The notes under the pieces were generated by a model. The model was not told the origin of the DNA, searched no databases, and saw only the letters and a list, made by a program, of their open reading frames with translations. From assembly GCA_965541585.1 (NCBI GenBank), contig CBEUCH010000010.1:61103-125102 (forward strand): DNA of 64,000 nucleotides, in the 5' to 3' direction. Origin of the DNA: an uncultured bacterium (GTDB lineage: Bacteria > Zixibacteria > MSB-5A5 > UBA10806). Within the stretch, counting starts at the first letter, position 1; each line of letters opens with the position of its first letter. Position numbers and translations under genes: made by a program. This document shows positions 9,781 through 20,295 of the stretch, in pieces.

Positions 9781-11333
9781 TTCGCCTTCACCTCAATAGA
9801 TTTGACCTTCTTTAGCTTAGCAGGTTCAGCCTGGGCTACCTCTTTCCCCGGCTTAACCAGGAATGCCACGGTGCGATTATCCTCGGTGAAGAATTCGGTG
9901 AGAACCCGCTTTATATCATCTGGAGTAACGGCCTGCCTTTTATCTTTAAGCTTCAGCAGGTAGCTCCAATCGCCGACTTTTGCCTGCATATCGACTATAC
10001 GGCGGGAGAGGCTGACATTGGATCGCAAACCCCGGACGAAATCAGCATCGAGCTGATTTCTGACTCTCTGAAGCTCCCATTCGCTGGGGCCTTCCGTGCG
10101 GAGTCTCTCGATTTCCTCATAAATAGCCGCTTCAACCTCCTCGATAGTATGGGGAGCTTTGGGAGTAGCCCTGATTTCAAATATATCGGGGAACCTCGTA
10201 AAACTCGAATAAGCTCTTGCGGATGTTACAAGCTGTTTTTCCTCGACCAGGCTTTTGTATAGCCTGCTTGTTCGTCCCCGTGAGAGCAGGCTGGCGATAA
10301 TGTCAAACACCTCCTGATCGCGGCCCCCACCTGCAACCATATGCCAACCAATAGCAAGTCGAGGCTCGGAATCGTATTCGACGCATATGCGACGTTCTCC
10401 GGTCTGCGGCGGTTCCATAGTGGTGACCGGCGGCACCGGTTTCTCCGACGGCGGGATGGAGCCGAAATATCTATCGATTAGTTTGACAACCTTATCGAAT
10501 TTAACATCGCCTACAATACCGATGACAATATTGTTGGGAGAGTAATACTGATGGAAAAACTCCTCCACGTCCTCACGTAAAACGGTTTCCAGATCGGAGG
10601 CCCAGCCGACTACCGGCCAGTTATAAGAATGGGCGGTGAAAGCTGCGGCGTAAAGCTGCTCCCCGAGTTTACGGCGGGGCTCGTTGTCGATTCTGAGCCG
10701 CCTTTCCTCGTAGACGACATCACGCTCAGAGTAGAATTCCCTGAGGATGGGATTCGACAACCGGTCCGACTCCAGGTATGACCAGAGTTCGAGGCGATTC
10801 GATGGCAGAGATACATAATATTGAGTGCCGTCATTGCCGGTGGAGGCGTTCAAGAACGATGCTCCGTTTTTCAGGTAAGTTTCCCAGAGTTCATCCTTTA
10901 CAATATACTGCTTTTGCTCATCCTGTATTGAGGCGATCAATGCTCGCAGCGAATCCACCTTTTCGTTACCGCCGCGGTATAAGGGGCTTTTGGTTTCGAT
11001 GATGGCGTCGGTTAGCTCATGCGCCAGCTCATCGATACGCCTCATGAGGTTCACCTCGGCGTCATAATTGGTGGTGCCGATATTTTTGGTGCCTTTAAAC
11101 AGCATATGCTCCAGCAGATGAGCCGTGCCGGTAATTCCCGGGCGTTCATCGGCGGAACCGACCTTGAAACGGACTCTGGTCGACAGGGTTGGGGATAAGT
11201 GCCTTTCCACCACCAGAAGCTCGAGCCCGTTGGGGAAAGTATGCGTTTTTACATCGAGCTGGATATCGCCCTTTTTCGCCTGCACGGAATAGGGTAGAGT
11301 GACCAGCACCATCGCTAAAAGGAGATTTTTCAT
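9777..11333 (-). CDS. M16 (pitrilysin-family) zinc peptidase, catalytic subunit, exported
   Basis: Signal peptide; GSADE..GITGTAHLLEHMLFKGT (HxxEH), ERDVVYEERR; SD AGGAGG upstream. Confidence 0.93.
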   Translation of the reverse strand: MKNLLLAMVLVTLPYSVQAKKGDIQLDVKTHTFPNGLELLVVERHLSPTLSTRVRFKVGSADERPGITGTAHLLEHMLFKGTKNIGTTNYDAEVNLMRRIDELAHELTDAIIETKSPLYRGGNEKVDSLRALIASIQDEQKQYIVKDELWETYLKNGASFLNASTGNDGTQYYVSLPSNRLELWSYLESDRLSNPILREFYSERDVVYEERRLRIDNEPRRKLGEQLYAAAFTAHSYNWPVVGWASDLETVLREDVEEFFHQYYSPNNIVIGIVGDVKFDKVVKLIDRYFGSIPPSEKPVPPVTTMEPPQTGERRICVEYDSEPRLAIGWHMVAGGGRDQEVFDIIASLLSRGRTSRLYKSLVEEKQLVTSARAYSSFTRFPDIFEIRATPKAPHTIEEVEAAIYEEIERLRTEGPSEWELQRVRNQLDADFVRGLRSNVSLSRRIVDMQAKVGDWSYLLKLKDKRQAVTPDDIKRVLTEFFTEDNRTVAFLVKPGKEVAQAEPAKLKKVKSIEVKAK

Positions 11334-11502
11334 CAAGTTCCTCCTTTAAAGAAAAAAAGCTATCATCTGCAACGGCAAATTATAACCATTCAGGTTGAGA
11401 AGTTCAACTTATTCTTGTAAGATGATACTGCCTCCATCCGGCAGGGATTCTTTATTACCTGTCATGACAAAACCGGCCGGATGAATTCTTGCAGGCTTAT
11501 TT

Positions 11503-12840
11503 ATGAGTATCCCGCTTCACGATGATCTTTCAGCGAAACAGATGCGACGCGTCATATATGCGCTGGCCTTTCCCATAGTCGGCACCAACCTGCTTCTGCG
11601 CGGTGTCGGCATAGTGGATACCGCCATGGTGGGGCATATCTCCGCCCAGGCTCAGGCGGCGGTGGGTATGTCGCAATGGATCATAGGTTTTATGATGGCC
11701 ATGGTGCAGGGCGTGAACGTCGGCGGCGTGGTTTCGGTAGCCCGGCATACCGGGGCTGGTGATGACGAGGGGAGAATAGCGGCCGCCGATACCGCTTTCT
11801 GGATGGGTATCGGGGCAGCGCTTTTGATGGCTGTCGCCAGTCTTTTATTCGTCGGCCCGCTTTCGACTGCCATGGCCGCCGACCAGGTCTTATCGGCTCG
11901 AGTCCGCTCGTATATGTTGATAATCAGCCTGTTTTTCGTAAGTAAAGCTGTCATTCAGGTAACGAGCGGCATATTCCAGGGCTTCGGCGATACGAAAACA
12001 CCGTTCCGGGTAATAGTCGGGGTGAACATTATACATCTTTTGATCGCATTCCCTCTGGCCTTTGGTATGTTCGGCTTTCCTCGCCTGGAGATCAAGGGCG
12101 TGGCATTGGCCACAGGATTGTCCGAGACCGTGGGTGCGGCATTTCTGGTATATTTGGCTTATAGAAAGAAGCTCCTCTGTTTCAAGTGTCTGTCGCTGAC
12201 GAGGTTCAAAGAGATCGTCAAACTGGGATTGCCTGTCTACGGCGAACGTCTCATAACGACCACGATGCAGATGACGTATACCAGGCTTTTGCTTCTGACA
12301 TCGGTGAGCGCTTACGCGGCCCATACGGTAGGGTTGATGATCGCAGCGGTGTCGTTTCTGCCGGGGTTCGGAATTGCCCAGGCGGCCACAACACTTGTCG
12401 GGCAGAACCTGGGGGCCAGACTTCCGCGTCGCGCAAAAGAATATGGAAACCAGGCCCTCATAATCGGGCTTTCCCTCATGATCGTTCTGGGCTTGACTTA
12501 TCTGTTTTTCCCGGAATTCTGGATGAGGATTTTCTCCAACGATCCGGAGGTCATCGATTACGGGATTGTGCTGTGCCGGATTATGGCGGCCATGCAGATT
12601 CCCCTGGCTTTGACTATTATGCTGGCCGGGTCGCTTCGCGGCGCGGAGCAAACCCGCTGGGTCATGTATTCCACCCTGGCAGGAGCCTGGGGGGCCAGAA
12701 TAACAACCGCTTATATTTTCTCCGCGGTATTCGGAATGAATGCCTTTTATATCTGGCTGGCCATGCCGATCGACTGGACGGTGCGCGCCGTCATGCTCTA
12801 TCTGAAATATTCCAGCCGCAAATGGAGCCAGGGACAATGA
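11503..12840 (+). CDS. MATE family efflux transporter
   Basis: About 12 hydrophobic segments; VDTAMVGH, GFGDTKTP, LVGQNLGA. Confidence 0.93.
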   Translation: MSIPLHDDLSAKQMRRVIYALAFPIVGTNLLLRGVGIVDTAMVGHISAQAQAAVGMSQWIIGFMMAMVQGVNVGGVVSVARHTGAGDDEGRIAAADTAFWMGIGAALLMAVASLLFVGPLSTAMAADQVLSARVRSYMLIISLFFVSKAVIQVTSGIFQGFGDTKTPFRVIVGVNIIHLLIAFPLAFGMFGFPRLEIKGVALATGLSETVGAAFLVYLAYRKKLLCFKCLSLTRFKEIVKLGLPVYGERLITTTMQMTYTRLLLLTSVSAYAAHTVGLMIAAVSFLPGFGIAQAATTLVGQNLGARLPRRAKEYGNQALIIGLSLMIVLGLTYLFFPEFWMRIFSNDPEVIDYGIVLCRIMAAMQIPLALTIMLAGSLRGAEQTRWVMYSTLAGAWGARITTAYIFSAVFGMNAFYIWLAMPIDWTVRAVMLYLKYSSRKWSQGQ

Positions 12841-12904
12841 CGACGTCCCTTCTAACGTCCGGCAAACAAAGCCGTTATGCGATCCCCGCCTTCCTGATTT
12901 GGCC

Positions 12905-12932
12905 TAAACAGTTAAGCGAAACCTGCCGATAA
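12905..12932 (+). promoter_or_regulatory. Sigma28/SigD-like promoter
   Basis: TAAA-N16-GCCGATAA, 18 nt upstream of the receiver-domain gene. Confidence 0.5.
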
Positions 12933-12950
12933 GTATGATGGAGAATTTAT

Positions 12951-13322
12951 ATGAGTACCAGGAAGATTTTGATAGTCGATGATAACCCCAATATGTCGAC
13001 GCTACTTTCCGACATCCTCGAGATATTCGATTTCGAGGGCTTCCACGCTGAAGACGGCAAGGAGGCTCTGGACAGGCTCAAAGAGGGAAGTTACGATATG
13101 GTTTTCACCGACCTGCGGATGCCGGTTATGGATGGCTATGATCTTTTAGACAAGATCAAGACGGAGCACCCGGCCATGCCGGTGGTGGTGGTGACAGGTT
13201 ACGCTGTCGGCAAGGGCCAGGACACGGCGCTTTCGCAGAAGGCCGACGGTTTCCTCTACAAGCCGTTCAAGGTGAACGAAATCGAATCGCTCCTCTCGAA
13301 GCTCCTCGGTCTTTCGGGGTGA
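12951..13322 (+). CDS. Stand-alone response regulator receiver (CheY-like)
   Basis: ILIVDD, TDLRMPVMDG (phospho-Asp), VTG, KPF; no output domain. Confidence 0.93.
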   Translation: MSTRKILIVDDNPNMSTLLSDILEIFDFEGFHAEDGKEALDRLKEGSYDMVFTDLRMPVMDGYDLLDKIKTEHPAMPVVVVTGYAVGKGQDTALSQKADGFLYKPFKVNEIESLLSKLLGLSG

Positions 13323-13393
13323 ACGCTTAGACTGTATACCCAAAAATCAAAACTGCATAATTAAGTAGGTCGGGTTTTAGGAATTTTTTAATC

Positions 13394-13425
13394 CCTCAGG
13401 ATGGAGGCGAAGCGACATCCTGACG
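13394..13425. repeat. REP-like palindrome, related to 39907-39938
   Basis: CCTCAGGATGGAGGCGAAGCGACATCCTGACG; stem TCAGGATG/CATCCTGA. Confidence 0.6.
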
Positions 13426-13483
13426 CATATATGATTGACAATCGGGAGTTTTATGTTATTTTATTGTTATAAAGGGGACGTGC

Positions 13484-15775
13484 ATGAAACGGGCGCTGAT
13501 ATTTATCATTGGGTTGTTGTTTTTTTCGCTTCTGCCGCTGTTTACTGCGGCGTCAGATAATGATCCATATTTTGAGGACATCTCCGATATTCAGTATTTC
13601 TGGCCGGATACCAACTTCACATTCTTAAGCCACGGCTTTCCCACTACGCCCAGAACCCAGGTGCTGGCAAACGGTCATCTGTATGTGGCCTTCGGTGCCT
13701 ATCTGGTCATTTATGAGATACAGGATGACGGTACCCTTTTGGAAACCTGCTCCAAAATGCTGCCGTATGTCATCACTTCAATGGATCATGATGGCAATTT
13801 TCTCTACCTTACCGGTGTAGATGGTTTAAAAATCTATGACGGTGTGAATTACGACGGTCCTATTCTAATTGGTTCAAATCCAATGCGTTATTTACAGGTC
13901 ATATCGAAGATATCCGTATTTGGAGACAGTCTCTACTATTGGTGGGATGACAGCAACTGGGGCGAGGCTGCGCTCGGGATAATCAATCTCCAGGATCGCT
14001 CAAATCCAACAGTTGTTTTTGAATCGGAAATAGATGTATATACTGTTTCTCATCCCCCTCAGAAATATGAGAGATACCTAATAATTACAAGACACAATCA
14101 ATATTACCCCCTAATCATCCTTGATCTTGAAGATCCATCAGGCGTTCCTGTAATTGTGGATTCGCTGAACACATCAGGCCGGTTCATAAAAGTCTATGAT
14201 AATCGTCTATACATCAGCAGAGAACATGGTTTCAGAATTTATGAATTCAATAACGGCCCCCATCCCGAATTTTTGAGCTTTCTTGAGGCAGGCGATGATC
14301 TCTGGGATATATCGGAGGCTGAAATAGATGGAACCCGATATGGCTTCGTGTGCTCTTGGGGCGGCTTCTTGCTAAAGATCGATCTTAGTGATTTATACAA
14401 TCCTGTGATTGTCGATTCTATCATGTTTCCCGAGGAAATGAGCCATGATTTTAGAGAGATAGAGCAATACGGCGAATATTCTTACGCTATGACGTCAAGA
14501 CTGAATTACTATGTCGAACATCCGGGTGTTCATGTAATTGACTGGGATGGGCCGAATGGGCCGGAATTGATTCAATCGGCACAGAAATATTCTTACTGCA
14601 ATTCCGTTGTTGTCAATGGGGATGCCATGTATGCAGGTTTGGAATATGAGAAATTTATTGTTATTGACGTGGCCGATAAAAATAGCCCCCAGGTTATAGA
14701 TGAAATGAATGACATTATGACGGGTTGGAATCCCAAATTAGGTTCTGGGTATCTATATACTCTTTCAAGAAATACCGTTCAGTTTTATAATGTCGAGGAT
14801 CCCTTTTATCCTGTTCTGGATTGGACATACACATTTCCTTTGCCCGAGGATTATTATATTAATGACTATATAGTCTATGATTCGCTGCTTATAGCAAATT
14901 ATTGTGTTTTCGGCCTTAGCGGGCCGGGCGGCCTTGTCATCGCTAACATTGCCGACCGTTCAGATCCCGAGGTTTTATATGAAAGTTTAGTGGAGTGGAG
15001 AGTTAAACCTCTTCATCTTGATTATCCACTCTTGTATTTTCCTGAGAACATGCATTGGAGCGTGATAGTCTTCGACATTTCAAACCCGAGTAATCCCGAG
15101 CAAGTCAATAGGATTTACAGCAATAACTCTTCGGTAAGTGGAGCTTATACATACGAGGATTATTTATACGTCTTAGCCGGTATTGACAAACTGTATCGGC
15201 GCATAAATCATGGTTTTCAGTTCCTCGGTGAGTATTACCATGGAGCTCAGCATTGCATTTATGTTGATGGCAAGTTGTTTTATTTTGGCGCCCGCGGTAT
15301 CGGCACAGAACCCGGTCTTCAAGTATGGGATATAGAGGCAGATCCGATCAATCCTGTCTATTCCGGTTTTTTATATCATTCTAGCGGATCTCATTACAAT
15401 GATTTCGATATTGACTGGCCCTATGTTTTTATTCCGGCCGGAGTATATGGAGTGATTATTGCTCAATACGACGACCCTACTGATGTGGTTGAGGAAATCC
15501 CCGAGGTCCCAATTCATGAATCTATCCTATCTTCATACCCGAATCCTTTTAATGAGACGGCGATTTTGAGTTATACGCTTTTGGAGGCAGGCGCGGTTGA
15601 TTTATCCATCTACGACATACTCGGGCGACGAGTCTTCCTTCTTACCAATGACTTGCAGCAAGCGGGTGAATATGAGATTACCTGGAACGCTTCAGATCTC
15701 CCCTCCGGCGTCTACTTCGCGCGATTGGAAACGCAAGACGTTTCGAAAACCATCAAGATGGTGCTGCTGAAATAA
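13484..15775 (+). CDS. Secreted LVIVD-like repeat beta-propeller protein with T9SS/FlgD-type C-terminal domain
   Basis: Signal peptide; repeated IvDisdPsnP units; C-terminal YPNPFN...IYDILGR...SGVYFARL...KMVLLK. Confidence 0.85.
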   Translation: MKRALIFIIGLLFFSLLPLFTAASDNDPYFEDISDIQYFWPDTNFTFLSHGFPTTPRTQVLANGHLYVAFGAYLVIYEIQDDGTLLETCSKMLPYVITSMDHDGNFLYLTGVDGLKIYDGVNYDGPILIGSNPMRYLQVISKISVFGDSLYYWWDDSNWGEAALGIINLQDRSNPTVVFESEIDVYTVSHPPQKYERYLIITRHNQYYPLIILDLEDPSGVPVIVDSLNTSGRFIKVYDNRLYISREHGFRIYEFNNGPHPEFLSFLEAGDDLWDISEAEIDGTRYGFVCSWGGFLLKIDLSDLYNPVIVDSIMFPEEMSHDFREIEQYGEYSYAMTSRLNYYVEHPGVHVIDWDGPNGPELIQSAQKYSYCNSVVVNGDAMYAGLEYEKFIVIDVADKNSPQVIDEMNDIMTGWNPKLGSGYLYTLSRNTVQFYNVEDPFYPVLDWTYTFPLPEDYYINDYIVYDSLLIANYCVFGLSGPGGLVIANIADRSDPEVLYESLVEWRVKPLHLDYPLLYFPENMHWSVIVFDISNPSNPEQVNRIYSNNSSVSGAYTYEDYLYVLAGIDKLYRRINHGFQFLGEYYHGAQHCIYVDGKLFYFGARGIGTEPGLQVWDIEADPINPVYSGFLYHSSGSHYNDFDIDWPYVFIPAGVYGVIIAQYDDPTDVVEEIPEVPIHESILSSYPNPFNETAILSYTLLEAGAVDLSIYDILGRRVFLLTNDLQQAGEYEITWNASDLPSGVYFARLETQDVSKTIKMVLLK

Positions 15776-15818
15776 CTCACCATTTCAAGTTGGCAACCTC
15801 CCAGCAATCCCCAATAAA

Positions 15819-15847
15819 TTGACTTTACCTACATCTGTAATTATCTT
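15819..15847 (+). promoter_or_regulatory. Sigma70-type promoter for tilS (probably leaderless transcript)
   Basis: TTGACT-N17-TATCTT; only 6 nt between the -10 box and the ATG, no SD. Confidence 0.5.
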
Positions 15848-15853
15848 GCCATT

Positions 15854-17230
15854 ATGGACAACGTCGTTGACCGTATTGCAAAAACAATCGATGAGAACCG
15901 GCTTCTAAAACGAGGCGATTCGGTATTGGTGGCTCTATCCGGCGGGCCGGATTCGGTCGCCCTGCTGCATCTCCTGAATCGCCTTAAGAGTAAATATCGC
16001 ATAAAGTTAGCTACAGCCCACCTGGATCACGGCATCCGCCCCGAAGCAACCGAGGAAAGAGTATCCTGCAGAAATCTCTGCCGCAAGCTGAGAATCAAGT
16101 TTCATTCGAAGAAAATGAATATTCCAAAGTTGGCAGAAAAGGAGAAACTGACGTTGGAGGAGGCCGGCCGGACGGCTCGGTATGAATATTTCCAATATCT
16201 ATGCGGCCTCTTCGGCTATGATAAAATAGCCACCGGTCACCATTCGGATGACAGCGCCGAGACCATACTCTTCAATATCGTTAGGGGATCGGGACTGAGA
16301 GGCCTTTCCGGAATCGCGCCCCGGCGCGGCAACATAATCCGGCCCTTGATAGAAATCGGGAAAAACGAGATTCTGAAATGGCTCGAGGATCAAGAGATCA
16401 CCTATGTTCTGGACAGCTCCAACCTTTCGATGAAATATGCCCGCAACAGGATCAGGCGGAAGATCCTGCCGGAGCTCGAGAAACTGAACCCGTCGGCAAG
16501 GCAAAATATCCTGCGCCTGGCGAAAAATGCCGCCGAGGAGATTGAATTTATCGATTCGACAGTGGCATCAGTCTACGAGAAAGCCGTGGTGAGTGCCGGT
16601 AAGAGTAAAATAGTCCTTGATTTAGGCAGACTGAAGGATTATGATTGGAACGTAAAGAAAAAGGTGGTGAGCGAGGCCTATGGCAGGCTGGGCGGACGCT
16701 TTTATAGCCCGCCATCTAAGACGATATCCCGGGCTCGTGAGATCTTTGGCGGCAGAAATGGAGCTAAAGCGCCCCTCGGCCTTGATATCTGGATCGAAAA
16801 ATCGCAAAACCGGATCTGCGTTTTCAAAAAAGGTATCAGGCGGAAGAAATTCAAGCTCGCCATACCGGGAATAACAAAAATCCCGTATTCGGATTTGTAT
16901 TTCGACACGAAAATCTTGGGAAGATCAAAGGTGAAAAGACTCGAAACCGCCAGAGATGTTGCCTTGTTCGATAATGCGATGATGAAAGATGTGACGGTCA
17001 GATATTGGAAAAATGGTGACCAGATCCGGCCCTTTGGAATGCGCGGCAGAAAGCTTCTTTCGGATATCTTTACCGATCGTAAGATATCATCATTCGAAAG
17101 AAAAGAGATTCCGCTTGTCACAACCGGCGGTAGGATCGCATGGGTTGCGGGCGTTATGATCTCCGACGATTTTAAAGTCGGAGGGGGGACAAAGGAAGTC
17201 TTAAAAATAACGTTATGCGAGTTATCATAG
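15854..17230 (+). CDS. tilS: tRNA(Ile)-lysidine synthetase
   Basis: VALSGGPDS PP-loop, ATGHHSDDSAET, IRPL, RNRIR; tilS-hpt-ftsH order. Confidence 0.96.
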   Translation: MDNVVDRIAKTIDENRLLKRGDSVLVALSGGPDSVALLHLLNRLKSKYRIKLATAHLDHGIRPEATEERVSCRNLCRKLRIKFHSKKMNIPKLAEKEKLTLEEAGRTARYEYFQYLCGLFGYDKIATGHHSDDSAETILFNIVRGSGLRGLSGIAPRRGNIIRPLIEIGKNEILKWLEDQEITYVLDSSNLSMKYARNRIRRKILPELEKLNPSARQNILRLAKNAAEEIEFIDSTVASVYEKAVVSAGKSKIVLDLGRLKDYDWNVKKKVVSEAYGRLGGRFYSPPSKTISRAREIFGGRNGAKAPLGLDIWIEKSQNRICVFKKGIRRKKFKLAIPGITKIPYSDLYFDTKILGRSKVKRLETARDVALFDNAMMKDVTVRYWKNGDQIRPFGMRGRKLLSDIFTDRKISSFERKEIPLVTTGGRIAWVAGVMISDDFKVGGGTKEVLKITLCELS

Positions 17231-17724
17231 CCAGCAAGAGGCTTCAGGCCAGGGTCAGGTCTCTGGGAAGGAAGATTGCCGGAGATTATAAGACGAAAAA
17301 ACCGGTCTTCATCGGTATCTTAAAAGGAAGTTTCATTTTCATGTCCGATTTAATCAGGACGGCGAATATCGATTGCGAACTTGATTTCATGAGTGTGGCC
17401 TCTTATGGTAATTCCAGGAAAGGCGCCGGGGTCGTTCGGTTGCTGAAGGATATAAGCGTCAATATCAGGGGTCGGCACGTGTTGATCGTGGAGGACATTA
17501 TCGATAGCGGCTTGACAGCTAATTATATCAGGAAATATCTTGAGCTCAGGCAACCCAGAACTATAGAATTTGTAACGTTGCTCGATAAAAAGAAGGCACG
17601 AAAGGTCGACATAGACATAAAATATGTCGGGTTTGAAATACCGGACGTATTCGTTATCGGATACGGGCTTGATTATGGTGAAAGGCACAGGCAGCTGCCG
17701 TATATTGCGAAAGGTCGAGGATGA
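17215..17724 (+). CDS. hpt: Hypoxanthine phosphoribosyltransferase
   Basis: [30 protein letters not shown]. Confidence 0.96.
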   Translation: MRVIIASKRLQARVRSLGRKIAGDYKTKKPVFIGILKGSFIFMSDLIRTANIDCELDFMSVASYGNSRKGAGVVRLLKDISVNIRGRHVLIVEDIIDSGLTANYIRKYLELRQPRTIEFVTLLDKKKARKVDIDIKYVGFEIPDVFVIGYGLDYGERHRQLPYIAKGRG

Positions 17725-19727
17725 CGAAAGATACTTTTGAGAATAACCAGATAGATAACAAACTAAAGCGGCAGGGCAAGGGGTCGCGTAAGCAGCCCCC
17801 CAAGGAAACTCCTCCCGATGGAGGAGGGCCTGGTCTCAACTGGCAGAAAACCGCCAAGACGATGGCGTTCTGGGCAGTTGTGATTCTGCTTTCATTCTGG
17901 GCGTTCAACTATTATTTCGGGCCCGGCAGGGACACTGTTGAGATATCCTATACTGAGCTTCTGGCCCAGATCAAAAACGGCAACGTGATGAATGTCACCT
18001 TTGAGGATCGAAAGGTTTCGGGGGAGTTCAAAGCGGAATTCACAAAGGTCGTCAACGATCAGGAGGTCACCGGCAGCAAGTTTACCAGCATGATACCGTT
18101 CACCGGCGATGATAAGCTTCTGGAGTTGATGGAGGAGAACGACGTATTGATCGAGGCCAAGGCCAGCTCCAGCTGGGGAAGCCTGCTGACTTATTCGTTA
18201 CCCTGGCTTTTCCTGATATTTTTCTGGCTATTTATGATGAGGCAGATGCAGGGCGGCCCGAAGGGGATTTTCTCGTTCGGGAAATCCAAGGCCCGCCTTT
18301 TAACCGGTTCCCGACCGAAGGTGACATTCGACGATGTAGCCGGTTGCGACGAGGCAAAGCAGGAATTAGAGGAGATCATAGATTTTTTAAAGGATCCGGC
18401 CAAGTTTCAGAAGTTGGGCGGTAAGATTCCCAAAGGGGCCTTAGTGCTTGGAGCGCCCGGCACCGGAAAAACACTTCTGGCCCGGGCAATCGCCGGAGAG
18501 GCACAGGTGCCGTTTTTCTCGATGTCCGGATCCGATTTCGTTGAGATGTTTGTGGGTGTGGGGGCCTCGAGAGTGCGCGATCTATTCGAACAGGGCAAGC
18601 GAAACGCACCCTGCATCATCTTTATCGATGAGATTGACGCCGTGGGAAGGCATCGTGGCGCCGGATTGGGCGGCGGACACGACGAACGTGAGCAGACGTT
18701 AAACCAGCTTTTAGTCGAGATGGATGGATTCGAGTCAAATGAAGGTGTCATACTGATAGCGGCTACCAATCGCCCCGACGTCTTGGATCCGGCGCTTTTG
18801 CGCCCGGGCCGGTTCGACCGTCAAATAGTCGTGGACCAACCGGACGTTAAGGGCCGTGAGGGGATACTGAAAGTCCACGCCAAGAAGATAAAAGTAGGCG
18901 ACGATGTCGATCTCAAGATCTTGGCGCGTGGTACGCCTGGGATGTCGGGCGCCGACCTGGCCAATCTCGTCAACGAAGCGGCGCTGCTAGGGGCGCGGAA
19001 GAACCGTTCAGCTGTAACCATGGCGGATTTCGAGGAAGCCAAGGATAAAGTCATGATGGGAACCGAGAGGAGATCTTTGGTGATCTCACCCGAAGAGAAA
19101 AAAACCACCGCTTTTCACGAGGCGGGACACGCTCTGGTTGCCAAGCTGATACCGGGGTCGGATCCTGTTCATAAGGTAACGATTATCCCGCGTGGATTGG
19201 CTCTTGGTTTAACCCATTACCTGCCGATAGACGAGCGGCATACTATGTCCAGGGAATATCTCGAAACAAGATTGGTCCATTTGATGGGAGGTCGGGTTGC
19301 GGAGAAAATAAAATTCGATCACCTGACTACCGGCGCGGGCAACGATCTTAAGCAGGCAACAAATCTGGCCCGAAAGATGGTTTGCGACTGGGGGATGTCG
19401 GAGAAGATAGGGCCTTTGTCTTTCGGCAGTAAAGACGATGAGATTTTTCTGGGTCGCGACTTTGCCAGGAAACGGGATTATTCAGAGGCTACCGCGGAGG
19501 AGATCGATACCGAGGTCAGACGTATCGTACTTGAGGCTGAGAAGAAAGCCAGCGATCTTCTGACCAAAAATACCGCCAAACTTGAAAAGCTGGCTGAGGT
19601 TCTGCTTGAAAAAGAAATTCTGGACGGGAGTGAAATTGATGAGATCCTGAAAAAAATGGGTACTAAGAAGACGCCCGAGGCTGCCGGCGATACCGGCCGT
19701 TCCGGCAGGAAAAACGCAGGTGGATAA
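17721..19727 (+). CDS. ftsH: ATP-dependent zinc metalloprotease FtsH
   Basis: Two TMs, [17 protein letters not shown] region, HEAGH. Confidence 0.98.
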   Translation: MTKDTFENNQIDNKLKRQGKGSRKQPPKETPPDGGGPGLNWQKTAKTMAFWAVVILLSFWAFNYYFGPGRDTVEISYTELLAQIKNGNVMNVTFEDRKVSGEFKAEFTKVVNDQEVTGSKFTSMIPFTGDDKLLELMEENDVLIEAKASSSWGSLLTYSLPWLFLIFFWLFMMRQMQGGPKGIFSFGKSKARLLTGSRPKVTFDDVAGCDEAKQELEEIIDFLKDPAKFQKLGGKIPKGALVLGAPGTGKTLLARAIAGEAQVPFFSMSGSDFVEMFVGVGASRVRDLFEQGKRNAPCIIFIDEIDAVGRHRGAGLGGGHDEREQTLNQLLVEMDGFESNEGVILIAATNRPDVLDPALLRPGRFDRQIVVDQPDVKGREGILKVHAKKIKVGDDVDLKILARGTPGMSGADLANLVNEAALLGARKNRSAVTMADFEEAKDKVMMGTERRSLVISPEEKKTTAFHEAGHALVAKLIPGSDPVHKVTIIPRGLALGLTHYLPIDERHTMSREYLETRLVHLMGGRVAEKIKFDHLTTGAGNDLKQATNLARKMVCDWGMSEKIGPLSFGSKDDEIFLGRDFARKRDYSEATAEEIDTEVRRIVLEAEKKASDLLTKNTAKLEKLAEVLLEKEILDGSEIDEILKKMGTKKTPEAAGDTGRSGRKNAGG

Positions 19728-20283
19728 ATCTGCGATCGCAAAAGGAGTGGAGCTCATTCTGGACGGCCTGGAGCTCGATAGGAATTCCGAGGGATTGAAA
19801 GACACCGCAACTCGCGTGGCCGACTTTTATTCGGAATTTTTCGCCCGCGTTAAGGAAGATCCAAAAGCATCCCTGAAGTTATATCATGCCGAGAACCGCG
19901 ATGAGCTCATAATAGCCCGTGATATATCATTTTTTTCCATGTGTGAGCATCATCTGTTGCCGTTTTTCGGTAAGGTGCACCTTGCATATATACCGGAAAA
20001 TAATACCATCACCGGCTTCGCTCGCCTGATCAGGGTGGTGGAGCTTATCTCCCGCCGCCTCCAGATACAGGAGAGGATGACCACCCAGATTGCTGATACG
20101 ATTACAGAGGTTCTACATCCCAAAGGGCTGCTGGTCGTCGTTGAGGCTGAACAGTTGTGTCTAACCATGCGAGGTCTGCGCCAGCCGGGTATCAAGACCG
20201 TAAGCTCGGCCGTAAGAGGCGCCCTGAGGAACGAAGCGACCCGCCAGGAAGCGCTGATACTCATAAAATCAACTCGAGATTAG
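19720..20283 (+). CDS. folE: GTP cyclohydrolase I
   Basis: [28 protein letters not shown]; upstream of folP. Confidence 0.92.
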   Translation: MDKSAIAKGVELILDGLELDRNSEGLKDTATRVADFYSEFFARVKEDPKASLKLYHAENRDELIIARDISFFSMCEHHLLPFFGKVHLAYIPENNTITGFARLIRVVELISRRLQIQERMTTQIADTITEVLHPKGLLVVVEAEQLCLTMRGLRQPGIKTVSSAVRGALRNEATRQEALILIKSTRD

Positions 20284-20295
20284 AGCGGAGGGATC

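Noticed and set aside
8326..11333. M16 peptidase pair with one inactive subunit as a novel system
   Set aside because: Catalytic plus non-catalytic M16B heterodimers are a known, common arrangement
11890..12932. Long alternative-frame ORFs (315 aa minus, 248 aa plus) over the MATE gene
   Set aside because: Shadow ORFs with no recognisable motifs, overlapping a clear gene; the same applies to 8692-9426 and 29678-30412
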